63,839 nucleotides of DNA, filler included, from Folioceros fuciformis (GCA_049999805.1; 7 parts of 7 records of this genome joined end to end with filler, not necessarily neighbours in it); one strand, 5' to 3'; shown: positions 50,870 through 62,668, counted from the first letter of the whole stretch. The notes: a model not told the origin generated them from the letters alone. A program made the numbers and translations.

Positions 50870-51778
50870 GGATGCGGAGAACCTTACGAAGCTCCTCAAA
50901 GAGTTTCAGAACTTCATTTGTTAAGTCAGCAACTAGAAGAGCTTAGACAACGAACGAAGGGCCATCGCTGACAAGGACTTGCATGACGGTTTGTTCAGTT
51001 TCAGCGTGCCATCGACCAATATGCAAATGCAGTATATGGTTGAGGCACGGACTGTGCAAGATATGAGGGGCTATATGCGCAGACGGAACAATGGGTTATT
51101 GTTGATGGATGCTCCTCGTGGGTTTGACATTGGTCCCATGGACGATCGATTGGATGGAGGCATTATGCAAAATGTATTCGCCAGCTTTGCAGAGAAGAAA
51201 ACTAACGAAGATTTCCAGTTGGTGGTCATGCATGGTGTAGAAGATGCACACACTGTTAGGGAGGCCATGAAAAAGTGGTGTAGTCGAGGTGGGCTTGTTC
51301 ATTTGTTTAGGATAAGATGAATCTATCCAATGACCGCGGAGGCTTTGAAATTGTGGACTACATTACTATTGGATGGTCTTTGAAGGAAGGGAGTAGCAAA
51401 CAACACACGTCAATGATGCCAGGGCATAAGGGTGCTACGTTCAACAGTGGAAGATCTATTATTGCACATGATATGGTTGTGAAAAAACATATGTACCTTT
51501 CCCATGACAAACGGGTTGTGTGTCCATATCAGAGACCATTAGGGTTAATGGACAAGCTGATTTGCGGCTTCAATAGAGAGGGTGAGTGGGTCATGGATGC
51601 GTGTTCCGGCAGCGGGACAACACTGCTGGCATCATTGCTAGCTGGAAGAAACTGCATGGCCATTGAAGGGGACAAACGATGTGCAACATACGTTGCCCAG
51701 CGAGTGCATGGTTATGAAGTGCTCCCTGACGTTGTGGAGGAGCTAACGTTTGACCCGCTTCAGAGAGGACCATCATAG
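50870..51778 (+). pseudogene. Beta-class N4-cytosine/N6-adenine DNA methyltransferase homologue (N6_N4_Mtase-like), frameshifted
   Basis: Motif IV-like LLLMDAPRG (DAPR at 51108-51119) precedes CPYQRPLGLMDKLI...REGEWVMDACSGSGTTLLASLLAGRNCMAIEGD, equivalent to the HPxQKP..L...GD.VLDPFxGSGTT...GR..IGIE SAM-binding block. Frameshift and TAG at about 51306-51310. Confidence 0.82.
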
Positions 51779-52589
51779 TACGGGGCGAAGGAAGTATGCA
51801 TTAGTGAGAAGGACTGCTCTCAAGCACAGGTTGTCTCTTTGACATCAAAGAGGAGGAGCCACAAGGCGAGCCCAACAGTTGTGCCAAGATAAGAAACTCT
51901 GGAAAGGGTGTGGGAAGAGCTAGCATCGGACAACGAGGAAGATGGAGATGTGCAAAGGGAGGACAAGGTGCTGGAGGAAGTGGACAACTTTGATCTTCAA
52001 GATGAAGCGCTATTGCATAATGTGGCCGTAGTGTTTAACTTTGTGGTAGCAGGAGATCATCCCGTGGACTAGAGTAGCCGTAGAGTGTATGCTTCTTTGG
52101 GTAGATGTTGAGTACTATTCCCATACACTATACCCTGAAAGACATTATCAAGGCGATGAATAAAATATTTGTTGTACCCACCCTTCATTTTCACGATGAC
52201 TAGAGTTGGAGGGAGAGGGCGCCAGCTGGCCGGCGCCTCTAGAGGCCTGTACCTGAACTAACCTTCACCGTGTAATTCGTGTTTCAGACTTGTCGCAAGC
52301 AAGGAAAGGGTGTGTGATAAACAAGCACATTTGATTTTGTGTGTTTAAAGAATGGTGTCTTTTTTGTGAAGAAGGTCTACCCCCTTTCTATAAGGGTCAC
52401 GACATTCACCCCCTTGCAAGTTTGAGTTGTTCCTAGCAAACTCAAGTTAAGATGACATCTCTCAACACCTTAATAGGACATTAGGCATGCATGGTGCCTA
52501 TCACAATATGCTAAAAAAAAATTGTCCTCTTTTGTACTACAAGGTCTCTACAGGAGCTGAGGATCATAGGTAGACTAGAAAGAGATAAC

Positions 52590-52695
52590 ATGCTTTATTT
52601 CCTTAATCCCTGCCCCACTAGTGAGGTCAGAATTAGGGTAGCATGCTTTATTTCCTCAATTCTTGCCCCACTAGTGAGGTGGGAATTAGGGCAAT
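52590..52695. repeat. 53-bp tandem duplication
   Basis: CATGCTTTATTTCCTYAATYCYTGCCCCACTAGTGAGGT...AATTAGGG twice. Confidence 0.85.
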
Positions 52696-53835
52696 AGTGA
52701 GGTTACCATTTGGAACCAAGATTTGTTCTATTGTTTCTAGGTCTGTCATAGCACAAGATTACAAAGATGGGTTAGCAATGACAAATTTAATTGAATTAGC
52801 GAAAGCTACTAAATGGTGGTAGCATGCTTTGGAATTTATTTCCCACCCATGCTTGTGGGTTGCCCCTCTGGCATAGATATACTCCTTGGACTACATCGAA
52901 GAAGGCATTTTGTCTTTCCCTTACCATAGGCACCACATCTAAGTGGGCATCCTTCCCTTTCAAGGGGCCTCCTACTAAGTAGTGATTCAAGTATAGACAC
53001 CCCATCAAATGGGTCTCCTATCTAAGTATTGATTCATGTGTAGACTCCCATTGAAGAGGCCTCTTACCTAAGTATTTAATTCAAGTACAAACACCCCATC
53101 TAAGTACCGAATCAAAGTGGGCATCCTTCCCTTCTAGAGGACATACTATCTAAGTACGAATTCAAGTACAATCACCCCATCTAAGTACCTATCCAAGTGT
53201 AGGCAACTATCTCATATTTATTCAAGCACAAACACCTCATCAAATTATGGATTCAAATGGAGGATGCTGAATCATGACATTCTTACAAAAGAGCATGCAT
53301 ATATCTAGCTTTAACCATTTGGACTTGATCATTTAATCTTTAAGAGCATAGAATGGGAGTGCTTAAATTGAGCACTTTTGTTGAAGTTAGCCTCGGGTAA
53401 CCGCGACTAGAAGAATACTCGAGGTGAACACTTCGGGCTACCAGTGAAGAAGGGCGCAAAAGAGGCATACGTACATACCATTGTTTGCGCGAGAGGATAC
53501 TACCGCAATCTGCTTGAACTCCATAGGATCGTGCTAAGATACATGTCCATTGTAGGGAGCAGAAAAACATGAAAAAAAAAAAAAAAAGTGAACCGGGTCC
53601 GTTTGGGGAGCCCCTCCGCCACGGTAACCCTGTGATAGAGAGTGGGGGGAGCGGCCGAGCATAAAGCCGCAGCGAGCGTCCATAGCGGATGTTTGTTTTA
53701 TGGAGGCCTTGGAGAGCTGCCAGCCTCCACGCCCTCCTCTGCCAGCGGCTGACCACCTCGCAACCACGCACTCTGCCCTCTTGCTGGCCGCGTTCCGTTC
53801 CGGTGCTGTTCCTGAGAGGCGAGTGCGGCCAGTGC

Positions 53836-55512
53836 ATGGCTCGAGCGCCCATGGCGCTGCAGGATGTGAAGTTTAGTTCTGTGCCGCCAGCGGGAGCCGC
53901 CTCGTCGTCAGCGGCCGCGGCCTCCGGTGTGCTCGGCTCCATTCCCACCCGCTCCTGCTCCGTCACCGAGACCAAGAACGGCTCGCACCACTTCACTATC
54001 CAAGGGTACTCGCTGGCCAAGGGCATGGGTGTGGGCAAGTACATTGCTAGCGAGAGCTTTAGCGTTGGTGGCTACCAGTGGGCCATCTACTTCTATCCCG
54101 ATGGCAAGAACGCGGAGGACAATTCTCTCTACGTATCCGTCTTCATTGCCCTAGCCAGCGAGGGCACGGACGTGAGGGCTCTGTTCGAGCTCACTCTGCT
54201 GGATCAGAGTGGCAAGGGCAAGCACAAGGTTCACAGCCACTTCGAGAGGTCGCTAGAAAGCGGTCCGTATACTCTCAAATATCGCGGCAGTATGTGGTAA
54301 GTTGCTCTCCTGCTGCTTTCCAGAGATCTGCCGTCTTAGGTTTGCTGGAATTGGCTAGGTTTGGAGGTTCGTATGTGTGGATGTATGTGTGCTGATGTCG
54401 AGAGAGGGGTGCAGGGGTTACAAGCGCTTTTTCAGGCGAGCAGTCCTAGAAAATTCAGACTTCCTGAAGAATGACAGCCTTGCCATCACTTGCACAGTTG
54501 GTGTGGTTGTTTCATCCACGCAAGGTCCCAAGCTGAACAGTATTCCTGTGCCAGAGCCGGATTTGGGGAAGCACTTTGGTGACTTGCTTGAGAGCGGTGA
54601 GGGCACGGATGTTACATTTGAAGTGGACGGTGAAACCTTCCATGCGCACAAGCTTGTGCTTGCTGCTCGTTCTCCAGTGTTCAAAGCGCAGTTGTACGGC
54701 CCTTTAAGGGATCGCAATTGTGGCAAATTGCACATTGAAGAGATGCGGGCACCTGTGTTTAAGGTGCGCTCCCTGAGTCATTGCATTGTCCCATGTTATC
54801 TTCCTGTCTCCGTAACGTGGCCGCCGTGTTTACGGTTTAACGTGGCTGGAGTGTGCAGTTTCTCTCGATTTCAAGTTTCTTGACGGATCGCATTTGGTTT
54901 CTCTTTTATATGCAGGCACTGCTGAATTTTATATATAGGGATGCCTTTCCCGACACCAATGACATGACTGGTTGCTGCTCTTCAGCGGCATCCACCTTGA
55001 TGGCTCAGCATTTGCTAGCTGCAGCAGATAGATATGGCTTAGATCGCTTGCGGCTACTATGTGAGTCCAAGTTGTGTGAGGACGTTAGCACTGACACAGT
55101 GGCGACGACCTTGGCCCTTGCCGAACAACACCATGCCTCCCAGTTAAAGGCAGTATGTCTCAAGTTTGCTGCACAACATCTAGCAGGTTGGCTGCGATGT
55201 CCTTGTGTCCCCGCTCATTTCTGTTCCTGTTGCTTGATTGAGTCATCCGAAACAGGTGTTGTTGGCATCCTCTTTCTTTTTGTTTTTCTTTTTTTTTTTG
55301 AAAAGAAAACTTACACGAGTATGCTTTTGTTCCTTATTGCAGAGGTTATGCACTCGGAAGGGTTTGAGTATTTGCGTGAGAGCTGCCCCTCCCTACAATC
55401 TGAGCTTCTAAGAACAGTTGCTGGAGTCGATGAAGACGGAAGTAGGAGGAGTGTGTGCTTGGTGTCAGATGGTACAGATGCAAACGGTCGAAGGGTGAGG
55501 CAGAGAACGTAG
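53836..55512 (+). CDS. BTB/POZ-MATH domain protein (CUL3 substrate adaptor, BPM family)
   Basis: Exons 53836-54296, 54415-54763, 54916-55186 and 55343-55512. [87 protein letters not shown]. Start could be 53851. Confidence 0.95.
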
Positions 55513-56887
55513 GCAGAAGATAATTAGGGATGTACATTTAGGATGTCCTGTATAACTTTGGCTGTTGCAACAGAATCCGCCCTTCGTTTGCAAGGAGAAG
55601 GTGCGTTTTGGTTGCCATCTTCCATGTGGTTTATCTTGTGTCCTTCCTGCCCCTCCCGCCTGCCTTTGGTTCCAAACCTGAGGCTCCAGGATCCGTTTGT
55701 AATTTATACGTCCCTTTGTTGCACCCTACTGTAAGAGGCAGCCCTCCCTGTTGATGCTATGTCTGAGCTAGTGATTGAAATCTGGGCCTCCAGGAGGTCC
55801 TTCCGTCCCAAACATCTTTCTGTTTCATGCTGACGAATTGGAACATGTACCTGCTGTGAGAAGTAAACTTGGCCGGTCTTTTTGATGATTAATTGACGTG
55901 GAGGACAGATCCCACGTGAAGTGTGTGATTGACCCTGCAATGCAGTGATTCCTACGGCAGAGAGTGCAATCATCACGATTAAGTAGGTAGATAATGCAAG
56001 AAAACTCCTCTAGTAACCACGCAAGATAACTCCTCCGACGGGGAGCTTTAGTAACCACTAGTACTTCAGTGGATCGCTTGTACTTTGCTGGCACTGAAGT
56101 GACCACTTACATTTTTGAGATACGCGTTGTAAAAGTATCAGCCGTAGCACATATCTCATTATTAGAGCTGCCTGCCCGTCGAGGCCATAGATAAAAGGAG
56201 TAGAACGTTGAGGGTAGCTGCAAGATTTATATTCTCAGGGCTATAGCTTTGAAGACATTCATTCCTTACCCATGAAATGCAAAGGCTAAGAAGACTTTGA
56301 TCCCTTGAGCATGAGACACAATAGTTGTGAGCTAAGCAAAGGCTTTGAAAACACTCGAGCTTTGTGTGGAAAAAGTTGTGGAGAGCTTACAAGACAAGCT
56401 TGCTAGGGAGTCAAGGGACGTAGCCAAACTTTGTCACAAAAGTATTTACATCGGATTGGGGAGAGCTTGCATTGCAAGCATGTCAAAAAGAGTGAACCAC
56501 AGTAGCCATACTCTAATGTAGAAGTATCCTGCCTATAGAGAGAGCTTGCTAGAGTGTGAAGGGCAGTAGCCACACTTGGTTGCGAAAGGATTTTTGGCAA
56601 TAGAGAGCTTGCATGGGAAGGTAGCTAGAGAGTCCATAGCCACTCTATTGTAAATGCATTCTAAAGAGTAATGGCTCGATGAGGTGGTATGTGGTACACC
56701 TATATTATATGTTATAAGTGAAATTATCACACAATGAAGGGGCCATGATGGGGTGGTTTGTGAGTTGTCAATGGACCACACTTCAAGTTTAGTACTTTGT
56801 TATGTGCTTTAAGCTAAATCATCACACAATGAAGAATTGTGTGCTAGTGATACTCTTGTGGAGTGAATTAACAAAGTACAAAACAAT

Positions 56888-57460
56888 GTATGGTCACGAT
56901 AACTTTCCAAAGCACTATATGATCACAGTTAAGCACTCTATGGGTGCAGCTCAGCACTGTATGGTCACAGTTAAGCATTGTATAGTCACAGTTAAGCATT
57001 GTATGGTCACAACTCAAGCATTATATGGTCACAGCTCAGCACTGTATGATCACAACTCAGCATTGTATGGTCACAACTTAGCACTGTATGGTCACAACTT
57101 AGCACTATATGGTCACAGCTTAGCACTATATGGTCACAACTCAGCACTATAGGGTCACATCTCAGCACTCTATGGTTAGAGTTGAGCACTATATGGTCAC
57201 ATCTTAGCACTCTATGGTCAGAGAGCTGAGCACTCTATGGTCAGAGCTGAGCACCGTATGGTCACAGCTGAGCACTGTATGGTCACAGGTCACATCTCAG
57301 CACTCTATGGTCAGAGCTGAGTACTCTATGGTCAGAGCTGAGCACTGTATGGTCACAGTTGAGCACTGTATGGTCACAGTTGAGCACTGTATGGTCAGAG
57401 CTGAGCACTGTATGGTCAGAGCTGAGCACTGTATGGTCAGAGCTGAGCACTGTATGGTCA
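56888..57460. repeat. 21-bp minisatellite running into the contig end
   Basis: More than 20 head-to-tail copies of approximately (C/G)AGCACT(G/C/A)TATGGTCA(C/G)A(A/G)CT. Confidence 0.96.
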
Positions 57461-57560
57461 NNNNNNNNNNNNNNNNNNNNNNNNNNNNNNNNNNNNNNNN
57501 NNNNTTAATTAATTAANNNNNNNNNNNNNNNNNNNNNNNNNNNNNNNNNNNNNNNNNNNN
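57461..57560. other. Artificial contig spacer
   Basis: 100 bp N/TTAATTAATTAA/N. Confidence 0.98.
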
Positions 57561-59450
57561 GGCGGCTGGCTAGCAGGATGGGGTGAAGATGGGCTGCGGC
57601 GGCTGGCTAGCAGGATGGGGTGAAGATGGGCTGCGGTGGCTGGCTAGCAGGATGGGGTGAAGATGGGCTGGCGGATCCAATCAGCCAGGAGGCCGGATCA
57701 ACAGGTAGGCCTAGCTGGATCAGCGGGGCGGCCTGGCAACGGATCTAAGCTTGCAGCTAGGCAAGTGGATCGAAGCAAGAGCCATCCAGGCTAGTCGGTA
57801 GGGTGCTGGCAAAACCAGGCAGCAGATCCATCCGGCTGGGCAGGTGGCTTGGTCGTGGCAGGCTGGCGAGCGGCAGCGGATCCGGCCTGTCGCAGGCGAC
57901 TGACGGGCTGGATGCTGGTTGGCTGGTGGATCTTGGCCTAGACCGGTGGAGCCCAGGCCGGAAGATGGATCTAGCCAACAGGCGGATCCGCATGCGTGGC
58001 AGGCCGGAGTTGGATCTGGCTGCGGACTCGAATGATCCAGGGGCAGGCAGGCAGGTTGACTTGGGTGCCAAGCTTGTTGGTTGGTTGGCCGGCCACATCG
58101 GCGGCGAGTTCACGGCAGCCCAGTGACGGCGCTGCATCCAGGCCTGGGAGCGGTGTCGGATCCAAGGTAGTCGGGGCTGGATCCGACGGCCAGGCACCGG
58201 CGTGGTTGTAGGAACTCAAGCAGCCAGGCAGGTTGGCCTCTGGCTTCTAAGCGAGCGAATCCGGCAGGCAGCCAGGCCGGGCAAGCTGGCTGCCTGGCCA
58301 GATCCGAAAGGCAAGAGGCTAGTTTGTGGCCTCTGGGGGATGGAGGATCCAGGCAGCCAAGTTGATTGGCTGGACCGTGGCCAGATTGGTGGGCTGGCTG
58401 AATTGTTGCCGAAGTAGCCAGGCTACAGGGGGTGGATCTAGCCGGAATGGCAGGCCGGCTGAAGGCAACCTTACAAGTGGATCTGTCCAGGTAGCCCAGC
58501 GGGCTGGCGGGCCAGTTGGCCCTGGGCGAGTAGGTGGCCAGGTAAGGCAGGCAGGCCTGGGTAGGCCTGGCAGGTTGGATTTAGTCAGCCAGGGGACCGG
58601 CCTGGCTGTAGCTGGAGGTGGCCAGGCAAATAGCCCAAACTTTGGGCTAGTAGGGTCCACGCACTGGCCGGCTAGGCAGGCGACTTGAGGCGGCGCTGGA
58701 TCCAAGCCAGGCGGGCCTCGAACTAATCCAAGCTATGATGGCTGGCAAGTGAGTCTGAGGCGGATCAAGGCGGCGGTTGGCCAGGGAGGGAATCCTGGTT
58801 GGGGGAGGCTTGCTGGCTGGCGGGTGAATCCAGCAGGCTAGTCGAGGCCGGATCCAAAAGCCAGGCAGCGGCCTGGCTGCAAGATCCCAAGTAGCGGATG
58901 GCGACTAGATCTGGGCAGGCAGGAGGTTGGCTGACCTGACTGGCGGGTTGCGCAGGACGTTGGGGTGGATCTAGCCAGGAGGTCGGCAGGTGGCAGGTTG
59001 GATCGTGGTGGCTGGCCCCGGTGGAGGCCCCAGTCGGGGGCAGGGTGCTTTGGCGAGCTGGGGTAGGCCAGAGTGGATTAGGCAAGACGTGCACTGCTGG
59101 AGGCTGGGTCGCCAAGGCAGTCTGGGCCGTGCCGGATCCGGGAGGTAGGCTAGCTGGGGTGGCTGCCTGCCCGGATCGCCAAGGCAAGCCGTGTCCAGTC
59201 CAGTCAGGATCCAAGCCGTGCATCCTAGCAGGCAGCAGGATCCAGACGAACTGACCAAGCGAGCTAGGTCGCAACTAGCTGGCGAGCAAGTTGGATTGAG
59301 GTGGGTTGATCGGCAGGCCAGGCAAGGGGTTGGCAGTTGGATCCAGGTAGCTAGGCGGCGGATAGATTGGCCGGAACCAAGCAAGTAGCAGGCAGATGGC
59401 AGGGGTTTTGTGGGGCTTGTGGAGATTAGGCTGGCCAAGTAGAGGGAGGG
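57561..59450. repeat. GC-rich low-complexity arm (same family as 20036-21980), starting with three copies of a ~37-bp unit
   Basis: GGCTGGCTAGCAGGATGGGGTGAAGATGGGCTG three times at 57561-57670; shared blocks with the other two GC-rich regions. Confidence 0.7.
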
Positions 59451-59689
59451 TCGATGTGTAGGCGTTGCTTGTGGCTAGCAAGGGGAAGCCCAGGGGGGTC
59501 TATTCCTCGTGAGCAACCCGCTCGCTGTGGCAAAGGGCACTGAGGGGCAGGCAAGCCATGTAATTCCAACCCCAAACAGTACCAAGTAGATACTGTATGC
59601 CATGATACATGGGCTGTGGCTGGTCGACTTGTGTAGGAGGTTCCCTTGGTGAATGAGGGGGTCCCCTCGGTGTTTGTTCTTGTCACCCC

Positions 59690-60746
59690 TAGATTCGAGC
59701 AAGGTTAGGTCAAAGTTAGGGTTAGGATTAAGTCAGAGTTAGGTTTAGGGTTTTCACGAGTGGAGGGTTCTGTCTGAGGCGCGCTGACCTGGTTAGGCAG
59801 TGACAAGCGTTCTTGGCCAAGGGAGTATTAAAGGCCAGGCCTGTCATTGAGGGGGAGGCTTTTTTTGGTGAAGAGTGCCCTTGACCTTGTGTGCAGGCTG
59901 CTGGGTTCGAGGGATTAATCTAGTGTGCAGATGCACCTCGGCCTTGATTCCCCATGCCACTAGGGGAATGTGGTGGCTCCCAAAATCGCTAAGGTTTGGG
60001 TGGCCAGATCTGCAGGGGCTGATCTTTCTTGCAGGCTGGTTGGGTGGTGGGGGTACCTTGACATCCCTGAGGGGTTTCCAAGGTGACGGATTGCAGGGCT
60101 GTGAGCCAAGGAGGCTATCCAGCCTGGGTCTGCACATCCCCGCCTCAAGGACTGCAAGTGAGGGGTTGCTGTGTTCCAAAATCCACGAGTGAGACGTGAT
60201 GGTGAAGGGCAAAATCCAGGAGTGAGATGTGATGGTGAAGGGGCTGAAGAGTTGAAGTGCTGGAGCAGAGATTCGAAGTGCTAGAGAAGTGCTGGAGTAG
60301 AGAGTTGAAGTGCTGGAGCAGAGATTTGAAGTGCTGGAGAAGTGCTGGAGCAGAGATTTGAAGTGCTAGAGAAGTGCTGGAGCAGAGATTTGAAGTGCTG
60401 GAGAAGTGTTGGAGTAGAGACTTGAGGTCGAGGCTAGGGCTAGGGCCTCCTCTTAGCTGCTGAAGTGGCTGATACCAGGAGCTGGAAGTGGGAGCTGAGG
60501 ATGATGCTGAGTCCTCATTCAACTGGGGTTGTGGTTGGTGTTGAAGACAGGGTTTTGATCTTTTTGTTGTAGTGTGGTTAGGTCTAGGAGCCGGCTAATA
60601 GATAGGATTAGATTTGGGCAATGTGGGGAAGATTGTGGGGAACCTTGACACTAGTTCACTCCCTTGGAAGAGAATCCTAGTGCCACGACGATAATAAGGG
60701 GGAAGTGTGGCCCTTGGTGGTTCTTGGGTGCAAGTACCACTCCACA
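59690..60746 (-). mobile_element. LTR-like terminal region, beginning TGTGGAGTGG at 60746
   Basis: Colinear with 22640-23552: GGTTAGG cluster, CATTGAGGxGGxGG, GCCACTAGGGGAA, tandem GAAGTGCTGGAG array at 60245-60420, terminal motif. Confidence 0.65.
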
Positions 60747-61778
60747 CAGGTGCTTGAGGAATATCATGGGGCACCATGTGTTCAAAATCAACATGTTCAA
60801 CATCACCTTGTTCCGTACATGGGTCCTCAGATACTACCTTGTGGTCTATTTCCATGTCCCCCTCTCTAGCAGGAACAGGTGACTCAGGAGCGGGCTGCAC
60901 TTGGGGAGCAGGACCAACAATAGGCGGCACCAAAACTGCTTGAGGGATAAGAGCCACAGGAGAAGGAGGAACACTAATAGTTGGAAAAGTAAAGGGCTGA
61001 ACAAAGTGATCAATAGAAGTATCACCAGAAGAGCGAGGAGTGCTCGAGCCAGAGGAAGCACCATCTTGCACGTCAAGAGGAGACTCAAATGACGTCTTAA
61101 GAGCAGGCACTATCTTAGCTTCATCAAAGGTGACAGTGCGGGCATAGATAGGAATTCGAGAGTCCAAGTCCACGAGCTTGTAGGCTTTGCGGTCATCGCC
61201 ATAACCGACAAACACCAACTTGCGAGCACGAGCATCAAGCTTGTCGCGAAGTTGTGATGGGACAAGAGCATAGGCAGGGCAACCAAAAACACGAAGATGG
61301 GAAATTAAAGGCTTGCTCCCATGCCAACACTCATGAGGAGTATGGACAGAAACTGACTTGGTGAGGACTTTGTTCTTAATGTACACCGTAGTAGACACAG
61401 CCTCAGCCTAAAAGGACTTGGGCAGCTGGGACTGTGCCAGCATGGCATGAGCCATGGACATCAAATCGCCATTGGCCTTCTCAGCAACGTCATTCTGCTC
61501 AGAAGTGTAGGGCACTGTAAACTGACGCAAGACACCACGCTGCTCGCAGAAGTCGCGAAACTGATGGTTGTTGAGTTCTCCCGCATTGTCGCAGCGAATA
61601 CACCGAAGTTTACGGCCAGTCTGTAACTCACCCATAGTAACAAAGGGTGAGAACACATTAAACGAGTCACTCTTAAGACGGATAGGAAAGGCAAACGTAT
61701 ATCGACTAAAGTCATCCACAACAGTCATAAAGTGATTTGCTCCGCCTAAAGACGAGACAGGTAGAGGACCACATAGAC
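60747..61778 (-). mobile_element. Ty1/Copia integrase fragment
   Basis: LCGPLPVSSLGGANHFMTVVDDFSRY, IRCDNAGE, TVPYTSEQNDVAEKAN, HLRVFGCPAY, KLDARARKLVFVGY. Confidence 0.9.
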
Positions 61779-62139
61779 CTCAGCTGCTGAGGTGGCTGGC
61801 ACTTAGGGCTGAGAGTGGAGGTCGAGGCCAGGACTAGGGCCTCCTCCCAGCTGCTGAGGCGGCTGAAACCCGGAGCTGGAAGTAGGAGGTGAAGATGATG
61901 CTGAGTCCTCATTCAACCAGGGTTGTGGTTGGTGTTGAAGACAAGGTTTTGGTCTTTTGCTGTAGGGTGGATAGGTCTAGGAGCCGGCTGATAGATAATA
62001 TTAGATTTGGGTAGTGTGGGCGAGATTGTGGGGGACCTTGACACTAGTTCACTCCCTTGGGAGCGAATCCTAGTGCTACGACGATAATAAAGGGGAAGTG
62101 TGGCCCTTGGTGGTTCTTGGGTGCAAGTACCACTCCACA
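61779..62139 (-). mobile_element. Second, truncated copy of the same LTR
   Basis: Highly similar to about 60425-60746 (GATGATGCTGAGTCCTCATTCAAC...GTACCACTCCACA). Confidence 0.85.
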
Positions 62140-62177
62140 AGGGCAATCGACATTCTTGGGGTTTTGTTCCATCAACT

Positions 62178-62568
62178 ATGGCTCGGACCTCCAACAATAC
62201 TCAGGTGGGTTCCGGCAGTAGGGGACGACCCACGAGAGCAGCCAGCTCTCCCCGAACCAATGTTCTGTCCTTTTCTTGCTTTGGGGGCCAATTGAACTCA
62301 AGGGATTTGATAGACCTACGGACTTGGGCATGTGACGCAAACATCCAGCTTGACTGGATATATGGCAGACACTGGTCGTATGTTCATGAAGATTTGGTGA
62401 AGGAGTGCTATACCAACCTACAGCAATCGAAGGAGGAGTTGGAAGCCCTACCTGAACGAAACGCGAGGACTGACCCTCGGTGTTGGACTGTCCGGAGCAT
62501 CCGACAGGTGTATGGTAGGTCGGAAGAGGAGAGCGATGGTATTGGGATCCTGGATAAAACCATAGATG
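62178..62568 (+). CDS. N-terminal part of a retroelement accessory ORF (distant family member), cut by the contig end
   Basis: LDWIYGRHWSYVHEDLVKECYTNL...DPRCWTVRSIRQVYGRSEEESDGIGI parallels GFMTQRWNHAAPQLVRECALKL...PQEWNLELVGWVYG at 48926-49228 and VYGRSTEEARGIVI at about 19270. Confidence 0.6.
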
Positions 62569-62668
62569 NNNNNNNNNNNNNNNNNNNNNNNNNNNNNNNN
62601 NNNNNNNNNNNNTTAATTAATTAANNNNNNNNNNNNNNNNNNNNNNNNNNNNNNNNNNNNNNNNNNNN
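62569..62668. other. Artificial contig spacer
   Basis: 100 bp N/TTAATTAATTAA/N. Confidence 0.98.

Noticed and set aside
50979-51778. Two-gene bacterial operon or contaminant restriction-modification system (ATGA overlap)
   Set aside because: The ORFs are two halves of one frameshifted MTase, no nuclease is seen, and the contig carries plant TEs and an intron-containing BPM gene.
56888-57460. CRISPR-like periodic array
   Set aside because: Units are head-to-tail with no unique spacers, no cas genes are present, and the context is eukaryotic. The HCMV-repeat ORFs are a by-product of the 21-bp period.
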